In this document: piece by piece, positions 40,357 through 52,336 of the stretch
How the letters are laid out: each line of letters opens with the position of its first letter
How positions within the stretch are numbered: the stretch's first letter is position 1
Origin: Chiloscyllium plagiosum
Taxonomy: Eukaryota
DNA length: 64,000 nucleotides
Assembly: GCF_004010195.1 (NCBI RefSeq)
Contig: NC_057728.1
Coordinates: 45,654,229-45,718,228, forward strand
Direction: 5' to 3'
Made by a program: the position numbers and the translations under genes
The notes under the pieces: model-generated
Told to the model about the DNA's origin: nothing
What the model saw: the letters and a program-made list of their open reading frames with translations, nothing else
Database searches by the model: none

Positions 40357-40559
40357 GCTGAAAATGTGTTGCTGGAAAAGCGCAGCAGGTCAGGCAGCAT
40401 CCAGGGAACAGGAGAATCGACGTTTCGGGCATAAGCCCTTCTTCAGGAATCAGGAGAAACGTCGATTCTCCTGTTCCCTGGATGCTGCCTGACCTGGTCC
40501 GCTTTTCCAGCAACACATTTTCAGCTCTGATCTCCAGCATCTGCAGACCTCACTTTCTC
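40357..40559. mobile_element. Fold-back family A element
   Basis: Intact minus-strand HHR at about 40419-40446. TSD cacttttaaataata at 40342-40356 and 40560-40574. Confidence 0.9.
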
Positions 40560-41202
40560 CACTTTTAAATAATACCTTGGTAACACAGACTTTAGTTAAT
40601 ATTGCAAAATTTTGGTTGCTGTGTTTTTCAGGTAATGTAAAAGTTTCCACTTTAATGACTGAGAAGGGATAGTCATTTTCATTCCTTTTGGCGCACATGT
40701 TTTTTCAAGTTACCCAGTCATTTGAATCCTTCATAAGGTAATTAGAATAGCCGTTAGACAGAGTACACTATCACATACAGATGCCAAGATGAAACATAGA
40801 TTCATCATTCTAATTCCGTTGATTTTCTGTGAACTGACAGTATGTCAACATATTCATTATGCTTTTTGATCATTTTCTGAACCCTTTAGTCAGAACTCAA
40901 AAATTGTTATTCTAGTTATTTTGTTTAAGTTGCTTGTTCCTCTGTACTCCAACTCAATGCTTATTGGTCACATGCTTAAGGTGAAAATAGTAAACCTAAT
41001 AAATCAGTGGCTAGCTGAAATAATTTAATTTAATAATTTAATAATTTAACAAAAAACTCATTTAAAATGTACATTACATTTGAATAAGCATTTAGCATAA
41101 CAGGTTAAATTCACTAATTTTACACTCCAGTGAAGAGCAGAGCAAGGGCTCAATGAAATAGCACTAAGCTGTACTCCTAGCTCTAAACTGATATCCTAAT
41201 GA

Positions 41203-41327
41203 CAAAGGGTCAGTTAGACTCGAAACATCACCTCTTTTCTCTCCTTACAGATGCTGCCAGACCTGCTGAGATTTTCCAGCATTTTCTCTTTTCGTTTCAG
41301 ATTCCAGCATCCGCAGTAATTTGCTTT
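41203..41327 (+). mobile_element. HHR family D arm with tail
   Basis: caaagggtcagttagactcgaaacatc core remnant. TSD tatcctaatga at 41192-41202 and 41328-41338. Confidence 0.8.
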
Positions 41328-41469
41328 TATCCTAATGATTGTTGTTAGTATATATGAACAAGAATGAATCATTCATTAGAAGTATCAAATAAGGATTGAA
41401 TGGGGTAAATGTTGCCATTTAGCATTGCTGGTGCAGAGCTTTGTGTGATGCTAGAGCAAATAAGGAACT

Positions 41470-42330
41470 CAGAGTCATAGATCACAGCACAAACATAGAA
41501 ATTGGGGGCTGTACCATAACAGCAGAATTAGGCCATTCAGCCCATCAAGTCCACTCTGTCATTCAATGAGATCTTGATTGATCTGATAATCCTCAACTCC
41601 ACTTTCCTGTCTTTTCCCAATAATCCTTGATTCTCTTGCTGATTTAACATCTGCCTATCTCAATCTTAAATATACTAAACCACCCAGCCTCAGTGGTGTT
41701 CAGTGGTACAGAATGCCATAGGTTTACCATGATTGAAAAGAAGGCCTTTTCATTTCTGTCTTAAATGGGTGATCTCTTACTGAAATTATTCCCTTGGTCT
41801 TCGATTTTCCCACAAGGGGAAACAATCTCTCTGCATTTACACTCTCAAGCCCTCTAAGAATCTTGTATATTTCAATAAGGTTTCCTCTCAATCTTCTAAA
41901 CTTCAATGAGTACAAGTTCAGTTCAATCGACCTCACTGCGTAAGGAAATTCCTCCAATTCATGAATCAACCTATTGAACCTTTCCTGGAATGCCTCCAAT
42001 GTCAATATATCTTTCTTTCTTAGATAAGATCGGAACTGTCCACAGTATTCTAGATGTGGTCTACCTCGTGCTCTGTATATTTTTTAGCAGAGACTCCTTG
42101 TTTTATGTTTTCAATTCCCTTTGAAATAAAAGCCAACAGTTTGTTAGCCCTCCCTATTACCAAATTAATTTGGTTGCGAACTTTTTTGTGATTTACGCAT
42201 AGAGATTACGCATAGAGCTATGCTACAGCTTTCTGCAATTTTCCCAATTTAAATAATATTCACCTTTCTTTGCTTGCTGTCAAATTTCTTAACCTGTTGT
42301 TTTCCCATATTAGACTCAATGTACCAAGTT
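41470..42330 (-). mobile_element. CR1 LINE 3' fragment
   Basis: Minus translation LYSLKFRRLRGNLIEIYKILRG. Confidence 0.8.
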
Positions 42331-42568
42331 TTGGCCTCTCACTTAACCTGCCAATCAACAACCTCTCTAACCCAGCCTTAACAATATTCAGTAAGCTTGA
42401 CCTCACAGAAAAAAAGGTTCTCATCTCAGTCTCAGGCCTCCTTATTGTTCAACTGTCCCCTAGTCCTAGTCTCCCCACAAGGGAAACATCTTCTTAGCAA
42501 TCACCAAGTCAAGTCCCCTTAGGACCTCAATTCCAACACATACAGGCCCAACCTTTCCCCATAAGATA

Positions 42569-43507
42569 ACGTTAAAAACACACAACACCAGATTATGGTC
42601 CAACAGGTTTATTTGGAAGCACTAGCTTACAGAGCACTGCTCCTTCATCAGGTGTTGTGGAGATTAAGATTGTAAGACACAGAACTTATAACAAAAGTTT
42701 ACAGTGTGATGTAACTGAAATTATATATTGAAAAAGGGTAAATAGGCAAAGTCTTTTCCCTGGGGTAGGGGAGTCCAGAACTAGAGGACATAGGTTTAGG
42801 GTGAGAGGGGAAAGATATAAAAGAGGCCTATGGGGCATCTTTTTCACTCAGAGGGTGGTACGTTATGGCATGAGCTGCCAGAGGAAGTGGTGGAGGCTGG
42901 TACAATTGCAACATTTAAGAGGCATTTGGATGGGTATATGAATAGGAAGGGTTTGGAGGGATATGGGCTGGGTGCTGGCAGGTGGGACTAGATTGGGTTG
43001 GGATATCTGGTCGGCACGGATGGGTTGGACTGAAGGATCTGTTTCTATGCTGTACATCTCTATGGCTCTATAAGACTCTCGTTTTTTAGAATGACCATGT
43101 TGGTTTCAGTTCTTTCATATGTAAATCGCAAAACTCTTTTAAAAATGTTACATTCTGGGCAGATATCTGGACTGACATGACACCAATTTTAAAGTTCACT
43201 TGAAAATGTAACTTCTAAAAAGAGTTTTGCGGTTTACATACAAAAGAACTGAAACCAACATGCCTATTCTAAAAGATGAGAGACTTAACAAACAATCCAG
43301 GTCTTTTTCAATATATGATTTCAGTTACATCACACTAAACTTTTGCTGTAAATTCTGTGTCTTACAATCTTATTCTCCACAACCACCTGATAAAGGAGCA
43401 GCGCTCCAAACGCTCGTGCTTCCAAATAAACCTGTTGGACTATAACCCGGTGTTGTGTGATTTTTAACTTTGTACACCCCAGTCCAACACCAGCATCTCC
43501 AAGTCAA
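42569..43507. mobile_element. Fold-back family C element, with a nested HER1 3' end at about 42737-43072
   Basis: Inverted arms with decayed HHRs at about 42620-42654 and 43384-43418; tail on the right arm. TSD cataagata at 42560-42568 and 43508-43516. Confidence 0.85.
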
Positions 43508-44412
43508 CATAAGATAGCCTCTCCTTCTGGGCAGAAGTTTTTGGGCAGGAAATGATTAGGCAATACATTGGACTTGGTTTCTTGGTTCAAGTACCCTTTA
43601 CCAGTTTGAGTGTTTCCCTACATGTAAGCCTACGTAACATATGCCATGAAGTCCATGTTCTTGTTGAGATATATGGCTTGAAGTTTCTAAACAACACTAG
43701 TGACTTACAACTATTACATTATTTCAAACTTAAGTATAGACTGTGTTCTAAGCTTATTCTACATTTTATGAGTGCAACACTACATATGGCTGACTGACTG
43801 ATGGCACTTTGCTTTGATTCCATTGCACTGTGACCACTAAAGATGAAGCAAGTAGCGTATACACTGTAACATTATATGTAATGATGTCATCTCACTGTCT
43901 GAAAAGTGCATTGGCTTTCTTGGATCAGTGCAATTGGTATCACACAAATTATCTGGGAACCTGAGGCAATGAGGAGGAAAAAGCCTGAAAAAGGATCAGC
44001 ATGAAAAATTGTTGAACAACCAAAAAAGCAACTGGGACTCGTAATATAGCACAAGCACCATAATAACAGAAACAAAAACAGAAATAGCTTGGAAAGCTCA
44101 GCAGGTCTAGCAGCATCTGTGGAGAGAAAGCAGAATTAAGGTTTTGCATCCATTTACCTTTCTTCAGAGTTGATTTCAGTTTGGAAAAAGTTGGTATGTA
44201 TGCTGAAGACTGGGTGAAGGAGGGTGTAGGAGTCAACACTAAGTGGAAATGGAACCCAGAGAGAGAGAGAGAGAGAGAGAGACAGAACAACAATTGGGCA
44301 GACAATGGAGTGGATGTAGGTCAGCCTGGGACAATGAATAGCTGCTAATGGGGACCATTAGTGACTGAAAATGTGTTGGTTGTGCAAGCAGCCCATGTGA
44401 TGTCAGAATTTG

Positions 44413-44645
44413 AAACCAAAAGAGAAAATGCTGGATAATCTCAGCAGGTCTGGCAGCATCTGTAAGGAGAGAAAAGAGCTGACGTTTCGAGTCTAACTGA
44501 CCCTTTATCAAAGCTAAAAAAGGGGGAAATAGGGAGGTATTTATGCTAGGTACTCTCCTTGCAGATGCTGCCAGACCTGCTGAGTGTCCAGCATTTTCTC
44601 TTTTGGTTTCAGATTCCAGCATCCGCAGTAATTTGCTTTTATCCA
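44413..44645. mobile_element. Fold-back family D element nested in an older PLE
   Basis: Inverted arms, tail on the right. TSD gtgatgWcagaaYttg at 44397-44412 and 44646-44661. Confidence 0.85.
44477..44515 (-). ncRNA. Hammerhead motif with U3-A8 core variant, family D
   Basis: agct-TTGATAA-A-GGGTC-AGTTA-GACTC-GAAAC-GTC-agct. Confidence 0.75.
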
Positions 44646-46331
44646 GTGATGACAGAACTTGGTATGTGAACTTTGCAGTAAGGATATGGGACAAAGTGCT
44701 GAGGTTATAAAATTATTGAGTGTGATATTGAGTATTGAAGGCTGCAGGGTTCCCAAGCAGAAATGAGATGTTGTTCTTCCAGCTTGCGTGGAACTTTTCT
44801 GGAGTACTGTAGCAAGTATGACACAGAGATTTTGACCAGGGAACATGGTGGCGTGTTGAAATGGTAAGCAACTGAAAGCTCAGGGTCTTTTTTGCAGACA
44901 GATCATTGGTGTTCTGCAAAGCAGTCAGTTAGTCTGCATTTTGTCTCCCTAGTGTAAAGTAGACCACAATGAGCACAATAACAATTACAGACTTGCACTG
45001 TTCAGGCCCTACTTCTGCATGCTTCAGTTTACAACTCTTGTAAAAATCCTGTACTACCTATACTTCAAAGAGGTTTCTAGGATGATTTATGGCCATTATG
45101 CTAAAGCTTCATTTTCCCACAATTATCCTGTCTGCGCCCTATTGTACACATAAAAATGAGACACAAAGAAATGGGCCTACTATCCATTAAGTTCCTGAAT
45201 CAATATTGCCGGTTTATTTTGACACTTACCATTGTATATATTCTCAGCTCTCATTCAATAAAGAGGGTGTGACTCTGGTGTACATACACCGCAGTAGCTG
45301 GTTCATAAACCCACCACAATGCTTGCAAGCATACTGAGGCAGGGGCAAAATAATTGGCAGAATTTTCAGTTGCTGTATTAATGTAAAGGATATGAATTAA
45401 GTGTTCTGTAAAATCCAGTAACGCTTGTTCTTTTGAAAGTAGCAAAGATAGAGTTAAAAGGGTTGAGGTTTTGCTGCGAAGAGTCATGAAGAAATGTCTA
45501 TGAGACTCTTAAGATGAACAAAGCACACCATTTTGCATTTGAAAATAAATAAAGATAACTACCGTAAACTTTACTTTTAAACCTCATAAAATTTAACTTG
45601 ATTTTCAGACGTTTATATGCATCATTTTGGGTAACATATTTTAAGGCTATACAGAGAAATATATTTGAATTGTATAGTTCTGAATTAAATCCTTTCTCAC
45701 AGCTTCCATTTATAGAAGGCCATTCAGTCCACTATATCTTTGAATGCTAGTAATGTAGTTCCACTCTCATTCTGTTTACTCATTGCTCTACTTACCCTCC
45801 TTTACCCACCATCCCCATTTTTCAAGTATATATTCCTTTTTCTAAAGCTATTATTGAAACTGTTTCCACCACTCAATCAACATCATGGTGACTCAGTGGA
45901 AAAAAGACTCACCTGCCCTGTGGTTGTTTTGTCATTTTTTAAAATCTGTATCTGTGGTTACCAACCATCCTGCCTATTCCTACACATCTACTCTAGTAAA
46001 ACATATCATAATTTTAAACACAATGCCCCTTAATATTGTCTGGTCAGAGGAGAAAAACCTCAACTTTTCTAGTCTCTACATATAACTGAAGTCTCATTCC
46101 TGGTGACCTTCTGATAAATCCCCCCAGTGCCTTTCCTAAATACCAAGCACACATTTAAAGTATATTTATCCCTGTTTCAAAGCATCATTGTTTTACATTT
46201 ATAATCTAGACTATTATCAGCATACCACCAGGGAAGGAGGAAATAAATCAATTAAGACTTTCAAAGAAAGTACATCTCTCTATATAAATTGTGGAAACCC
46301 CATCCACTGCATGACCTTATTTCCATTTTGA

Positions 46332-46522
46332 AGAAAGTGAGGACTGCAGATGCTGGAGATTAGAGTTGAGAATGTGGTGCTGGAAAAGCACAGTAGGCCA
46401 GGCAGCATCTGAGGAGCAGCAAAATCGATGTTTTGGCCATTCCTGATGAAGGGTTTATGCCCAAGGCAGCTCCTTGGATGCTGCCTGACCTGCTGTGCTT
46501 TTCCAGCACCACACTTTCAACT
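46332..46522. mobile_element. Fold-back family A element, decayed
   Basis: Inverted arms around cctgatgaagggtttatgccc. Confidence 0.8.
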
Positions 46523-47124
46523 TTTATTTTCATTTTACCTTTCAGCCATTGGACACCCGCCATTTGGATGTCTCCTTCTTGTGTACACTAGCCATAATAC
46601 CCGACGACACAGGAATTCCATAGATCAGTCATCAAACCACTTGAGAATGATCTACGTTTGAACGTGAGCTTTAGAATAAAAAGTCCCCAGCTGATACTGG
46701 CAGTGGAACTCCTTAGTTATAAGAAGCACAATTTGGAAATCTGGGAATATGTGGCACATGATTTTCCAGTCTTTCATTTAAATGGTTGGCAGCTTGAGTC
46801 CAAATTTCTGCTTTACACTGTAGGTGGAGTTTCCTGCCAACAGAACTGACTCAGAAATTACCCAACATAGTCACTTAAATCCAACAACCTGGTTAATTTC
46901 TTTTTTCATTTGATATCCAGAAATGCTCTTATACACAAATGAGCCTTTTTTTCCATACCACCAAAATACCATGTTTTTTTTCATTATTAGCTACCACCAG
47001 CAAAACAACAGACTCTTTAATATATCAGGTGAATATATCAAACAGCTATTTTCTTTTAAATTTGTTTGCTTTTGCTCATCAAGGTTTTGATCAAAATGAG
47101 ACTGTCCCAAAGTAAGCACAGCAA

Positions 47125-47315
47125 TCACTGAAGAAAATCACCAAGTTTGGCAGCATCTGTGGAGAGAGAAATAGAATTAACATTTCAAATCCAATATGAC
47201 TATTCTTGGAAACTTTAGGGAACTCAATTTCTCTCACCACAGATGCTGCCAAACCTGCTGAGTTACTTTAGCACTTTCAGAGGTATTTTTTAGATTTCCA
47301 GTATTTCACTTTTAT
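47125..47315. mobile_element. Old fold-back family D-like element
   Basis: ttggcagcatctgtgg is inverted as ccacagatgctgccaa. Confidence 0.6.
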
Positions 47316-47706
47316 TTGAGCCCATAACTGTCTTTACCTTGTGATGTATAGATTGAAGCTTTATGTTGTCATTATCAAGTAGTAATCCATAATCAATCAT
47401 TTCAGTAAGCCATTGCCCTTTGAGAGCACATTCTCAGCTTCTTTTTCCTTGTTATAAAGATGTGGGTGTACTGTACCTTTAAGAGAGTTAAAAGCAAGCA
47501 GAACTACCTGACACAGCTCCAAGTGTTCTGAATAAGGTAACAATGTAACACTTGGTTGAAAGCTAGATTAGCTGGTTGCCTGGAGACAAAAACAAATTCA
47601 AATTAGGCCAATCAGTTTAAATTATACCCAAAAAAAAAACAAACTCCAATCAAGTTTGAATTTAGCATATTCAATCACTTTACAACTTTACCAAATCATT
47701 AAATGA

Positions 47707-47941
47707 GACGTTGAGACTGTGATGCTGGAAAAGTACAGCATGTCAGGCAATATCTGAGGAGCAGAAGAATCAACGTTTGGCATAAGCCCTCCATCAGGAA
47801 GCCCTTCATCATTTCAGGATGAAGGACCTATGCCTGAAATGTCAATTCTCCAGCTCATCGGATACTGCCTGACCTGCTGTGTTTTTCCAGCACCACACTC
47901 TCGACGCTGATCTCCAGCATCTGCAACCCTCACTTTTTACC
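47707..47941. mobile_element. Fold-back family A element
   Basis: Inverted arms. TSD cattaaatga at 47697-47706 and 47942-47951. Confidence 0.82.
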
Positions 47942-48409
47942 CATTAAATGAACTGTGTTTAGGTTCCATAAATAACTAGGGGACATAACCATATCTTCAG
48001 TCTATATTTTGTAATATGTCTCTGTCACTCTTCCCTTGATCTTTGCACGTAAGAATTTGTTCAAATTATCAACATCTACAATTAAGCTTCAATTGTTTAT
48101 CTCTCTCCAGTCCTGACCTCTCTTTTTACAAACTTTCTTTGCCCTCTTTATGTACTAGTGGTATTTTAGAGATAGTACTTATACCATTTATTGCTTTATC
48201 TTCTCTCTTGATGCAGTGGACCACTTTTACTATCTATAAACATTTGCTCAAGAAATGCAACAGATCCTTTCACACCAATTTGCTATTTGCATTTCTAATT
48301 TACAATTGCTTAGAAAGTTCAGAATTCAGTAGGATCAGACTTTTTTTCTACTTTTTACTGAATAACAATCTTGGGACTGTGGCTTAACTAGCCCTTTCAC
48401 AAATGCGAG

Positions 48410-48545
48410 GACGAAAGTGAGGACTGCAGATGATGGAGATCAGAGACAAGATTAGAGTGGTGCTGGAAAAGCAAAGCAGGTCTGGCATGCATCTGAAGAG
48501 GAGGAAAATCGCGTTTCGGGCAGGAGCTCTTCATCAGCAATGAGG
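48410..48545 (-). mobile_element. Family A arm with tail and decayed HHR
   Basis: cgtttcgggcaggagctcttcatcag. Confidence 0.78.
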
Positions 48546-48959
48546 AAATGCCCTTATTAAAATGCTTATGTGCCAGTACTTGGAACTGCCTGTTTTTAGA
48601 AACCCAATGTTGCTTCTCCCCAGGACCCTTTTATGACCCCCACCTCCACAAGACCTTTCATTATCTTATCCAGTAACTCTGTACAGAGATGACAAGTGTG
48701 GCTGTGAATATTTGCTATATGTCACTGCCAACCCACTCAGCCACCTTGTGTTAGCTAAAAAGCCTTAGGTGGCCATTTTGTCAACTTTAGTCATAGGCCA
48801 CAATATCAAGTTCTATGCTCCAGTTCTATGTGTATAAAGCAGTGTGATCATTATCACATTGTTTTTTTTTATTGTAGAAACATCAGTTTTATTTTCTGCA
48901 TGAAAATCCTTGAGTTGGATTTCCCTTGCTAGTAAGCCCCCCTGAGAATACGGTCAAGA

Positions 48960-49170
48960 GGGAAGTACAAAGTTACAAATCACACAACACCAGGTTATAG
49001 CCCAACAGGTTTAATTGGAAGCACTAGCTTTCGGAGCGATGCTCCTTCATCAGGTGGTTGGAAGGAGCGACGCTCAAAAAGCTAGTGCTTCCAATTAAAC
49101 CTGTTGGACTATAACCTGGTGTTGTGTGATTTGAAACTTGTACATCCCTGTCCGACACTGGCATCTCCAA
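48960..49170. mobile_element. Fold-back family C mini-element
   Basis: Inverted arms. Candidate TSD gtcaaga at 48953-48959 and 49171-49177. Confidence 0.85.
49022..49056 (-). ncRNA. Hammerhead motif, family C
   Basis: cac-CTGATGA-A-GGAGC-ATC-GCTCC-GAAAG-CTA-gtg. Confidence 0.8.
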
Positions 49171-50765
49171 GTCAAGATAGAAAACTTCTTGTTCATTATA
49201 AACAACTGATGCCATGACTTCTGATTGACCTGGGACTCACAGTATTCCAGGAAACCACTCTGCCAGTTGAGGAGTAGTTTACTGTGGTACAGGTCTGGTT
49301 TGCTGGGTCTCCTGGATTAACAGCAAAGTTCAAGCTGGTTGAAGGTGTGCGTCTTTTTTTTTCTGGAACAGCTCAATGTGTTGCCATGCAATTACGTTGT
49401 TGTATTAAATCTCAGAGTACAAAAGATGTAGTTTAAAGATATTCAAGTGGAGTTAAAAAAATACATCTGTTACTCAAATGACTCGGGAAAGAACTTCAAA
49501 AGTGAGCACTGGGGACCCTATGTGGAGCCATAAGTTGAAATTTCGGAATTGTGATCTTTGATGTGGAAGAAACTAACACTCTTGTCTCATAGACCTTTTC
49601 TTCTCTCTTCCACAATTCACCAAAGGGTTACAACATTTTTAAGCTTCAAAATGAGTTCACATTGGGAAAAGGTTTGGGGGCACTAGCTTACCAAGTTTAT
49701 CCAGTAAACAGCTTAACCACATAAACAAGGAAAGTCCCAGGTCAATACTTGGCATACTCCTGAATTAGTTACAATTGCATGGAGGCAGCTATGAATCACT
49801 GTAATTGGCTTCAGGAGAGCTTCAGGGAATCAGCCAGGATTCCTGCTTATTATCTACATGCTTCTGCTGGAAATATGTATATTTTCAGATTAGGTAAGGA
49901 CAGAGCCAGACTTGCTTGTGATGTCCCAAAATGTTTGGTTAGCCTGCTAATACTCACCATCAAGACTTGAATGAATAATGACGATGTGAATGGTTCAAAG
50001 TTTGTGACAGTCTCCCACTAATAGCACCCAGTAATTGACACGTGAGAGAGGAAATGAAGAAAGAAAAATAAATTATTTTGTGTAAAAGCAATCAAATAAA
50101 TTAGTTAGTTTATTACTTTTCTGCATAGAATAAATACTTGAAAGCTTTAACTTTGCTCCTTAAAGTGATCCTATGACTTATTTGGGCAATTTAAGTCAAA
50201 TTTTGGGAAGGTAAAATGTATTATTTTGTGAAGGTTGAAATCTGGATAATACTAATATGTATTGCTTACAATAAATAGCATGAAATTATGGGTATAAGAT
50301 GGAATTTCCAGGAGATAGAGTATTGATTGAGACATTAGTCAGAAAAGATCGTTTGTACAAATCCAGTTCAGGGACCTGAACACATAAATTTGGCTGGCAC
50401 GACATTTTGAAGGGAATGTTGGATTCCTGGAAATGCTGTCATTTGGGTCAAATGTCAAACTGTCCCACATCTTTTCGTGGAGAGAACAATCCTAGGCATT
50501 ATTCACTCTTTTGGGGGAATATTGCTATTTCAGCAAGATAACCGTGGGGTAAGTAATTAAAGAATGGGCAACAGCTCTTATATTTCTGTTGCATTAGCAG
50601 AAGAAGTTAAATTAGCTGCATGGAATCACCATAATTGGCAAAAGCGTTATTGAATTAGACATAAAATGTCAAGTCAGGCATCAGTGTGAGATGAGTTGTA
50701 GAAAGTACAGATTACCCTGAGTTGGTGGGTGAGGAAATAATGATGCCAGGATGCAGCGTATTTTT

Positions 50766-52325
50766 CTTCAATTGAATTGAGTTGAATTGAATTTATTGTC
50801 ACGTGTACCGAGGCACAGTGAAAAGCGTTTTCTTGTGAGCAATACAGGAAGATTACAGAGTAAAGTAGCATAGATAAGTAAATAATAGGTAAACAGCAGC
50901 AAAAACAAAAACACAGGTACAGGCAAATGTTAAGAGTTTGTGAGTCCATTCACTATTCTAACAACAGTAGGGTGGAAACTGTTTTGAAACTGGCTGGTGC
51001 GTGTGTTCAGGTTTCTGTACCTTCTCCCCAGTGGTAGAGGTTGTAGAAAAATATTGTCAGGTGGGATGAATTTTTAAGAATGCTGCTGGCCTTTACTTGA
51101 CAGCAGGCCTGGTAGATGGATTCTAAAGATGAGAGGTTGGCCTTTGTGATTGTCCGGGCCGAGTTCACCACAGTCTGTAACCATCTCCGATCTTGAATGG
51201 TACAGTTGCCATACCAGGTAGTGATACATCCAGGCAGAATGCTCTTGATGGCACACCTATAAAAGTTGGCAAGGGTATTCATCATCATGCCAAATTTCCT
51301 CAGCTGCCTGAGGAAGAAGAGATGTTGTTGGGCCTTTGTAACCAGTGCATCCACACAAAGAGTCCAAGAAAGCTTGTTGTGGATGACCTCCCCCAGGACC
51401 TTGACATTCTCCACTCGTTCCACCTCTGTGCTGTTAATGTGTAGGGGGGTGGGCATGAGTAACAACTGCCGAAAGTCAGTAGTGAGTTCCTTGATTTTGC
51501 TGGCATTGAGAGCTAGGTTGTTCTCAGTGCACCATTTTTCCAGATCTTCCACCTCCCGTCTATAGTCTGTTTTGCTGCCATCTGAAATTCGACCGACTAT
51601 GGTGGTGTCATCAGTGAGCTTACAGATTAGATTACTTACAGTGTGGAAACAGGCCCTTTGGCCCAACAAGTCCACACTGACCCGCCGAAGCGCAACCCAC
51701 CCACACCCATTCCCCTACATTTATCCCTTCACCTAACACTATGGGCAATTTAGCATGGCCAATTCACCTAACCTGCACATTTTTGGACTGTGGGAGGAAA
51801 CCGGAGCACCCGGAGAATGTGCAAACTCCACACAGTCAGTCGCCTGAGGTGGGAATTGAACCCGGGTCTCTGGCGCTGTGAGGCAGCAGTGCTAACCACT
51901 ATGCCACCGTGCCATCCACTTGTAAATGGCATTAATCTGATATTTGACGATGCAGTCATGGGTATACAATGAGTACAGTAGGGGTTTGAGTACGTACCCC
52001 TGGGGAGCTCCAGTGTTGAGTGTTAGTGAGGATGAAATATTGTTACCGATCTTCACTGATTGTGGTCTGTGGGTCAGGAAACTAAGGATCCAGTTGCAGA
52101 AAGTGGGGCTTAGTCCGACATCACTAAGTTTAGTAATCAGGCTCGAGGGGATAATAGTGTTGAAGGCTGAACTGTAGTCAATGAGTAGGATTCTTACGTA
52201 GCTATTCTTGGTGTCAAGATGTTCTAGTGAGGAGTGAAGGGCAAGTGATATGGCATTTGACTTGGATTGGTTGGTCCGACAGGCAAATTGAGGTGGGTCA
52301 AGAGTAGTGGGGAGGCTGTTCTCAA
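50766..52325 (-). mobile_element. Rex1/Babar-clade LINE, RT pseudogene, interrupted by HE1
   Basis: GAPQGYVL.PLLYSLYTHDC, DDTTIVGRIS...WCTENNLALNASKIKEL..DFR, FYRCAIKSIL..CITTWYG, and a (ttcaa)n tail near 50766-50790. Confidence 0.88.
51623..51917 (-). mobile_element. HE1 SINE inserted in Rex1/Babar
   Basis: Full head, core and tail; splits the RT just before DDTT. Confidence 0.9.
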
Positions 52326-52336
52326 GGCTGTTCTCA

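Larger units (their letters stand above)
44062..44955 (-). mobile_element. Old Neptune-like PLE 3' end (family D-like)
   Basis: Minus translation FCLGTLQPSILNI near 44720-44770, similar to 31389-31500. Decayed HHR at about 44135-44168. Confidence 0.7.

Noticed and set aside
43384..43418. C3-A8 hammerhead variant (CTGATAA)
   Set aside because: Uncompensated change, and the GAAA box is also damaged; neutral decay is the simpler explanation.
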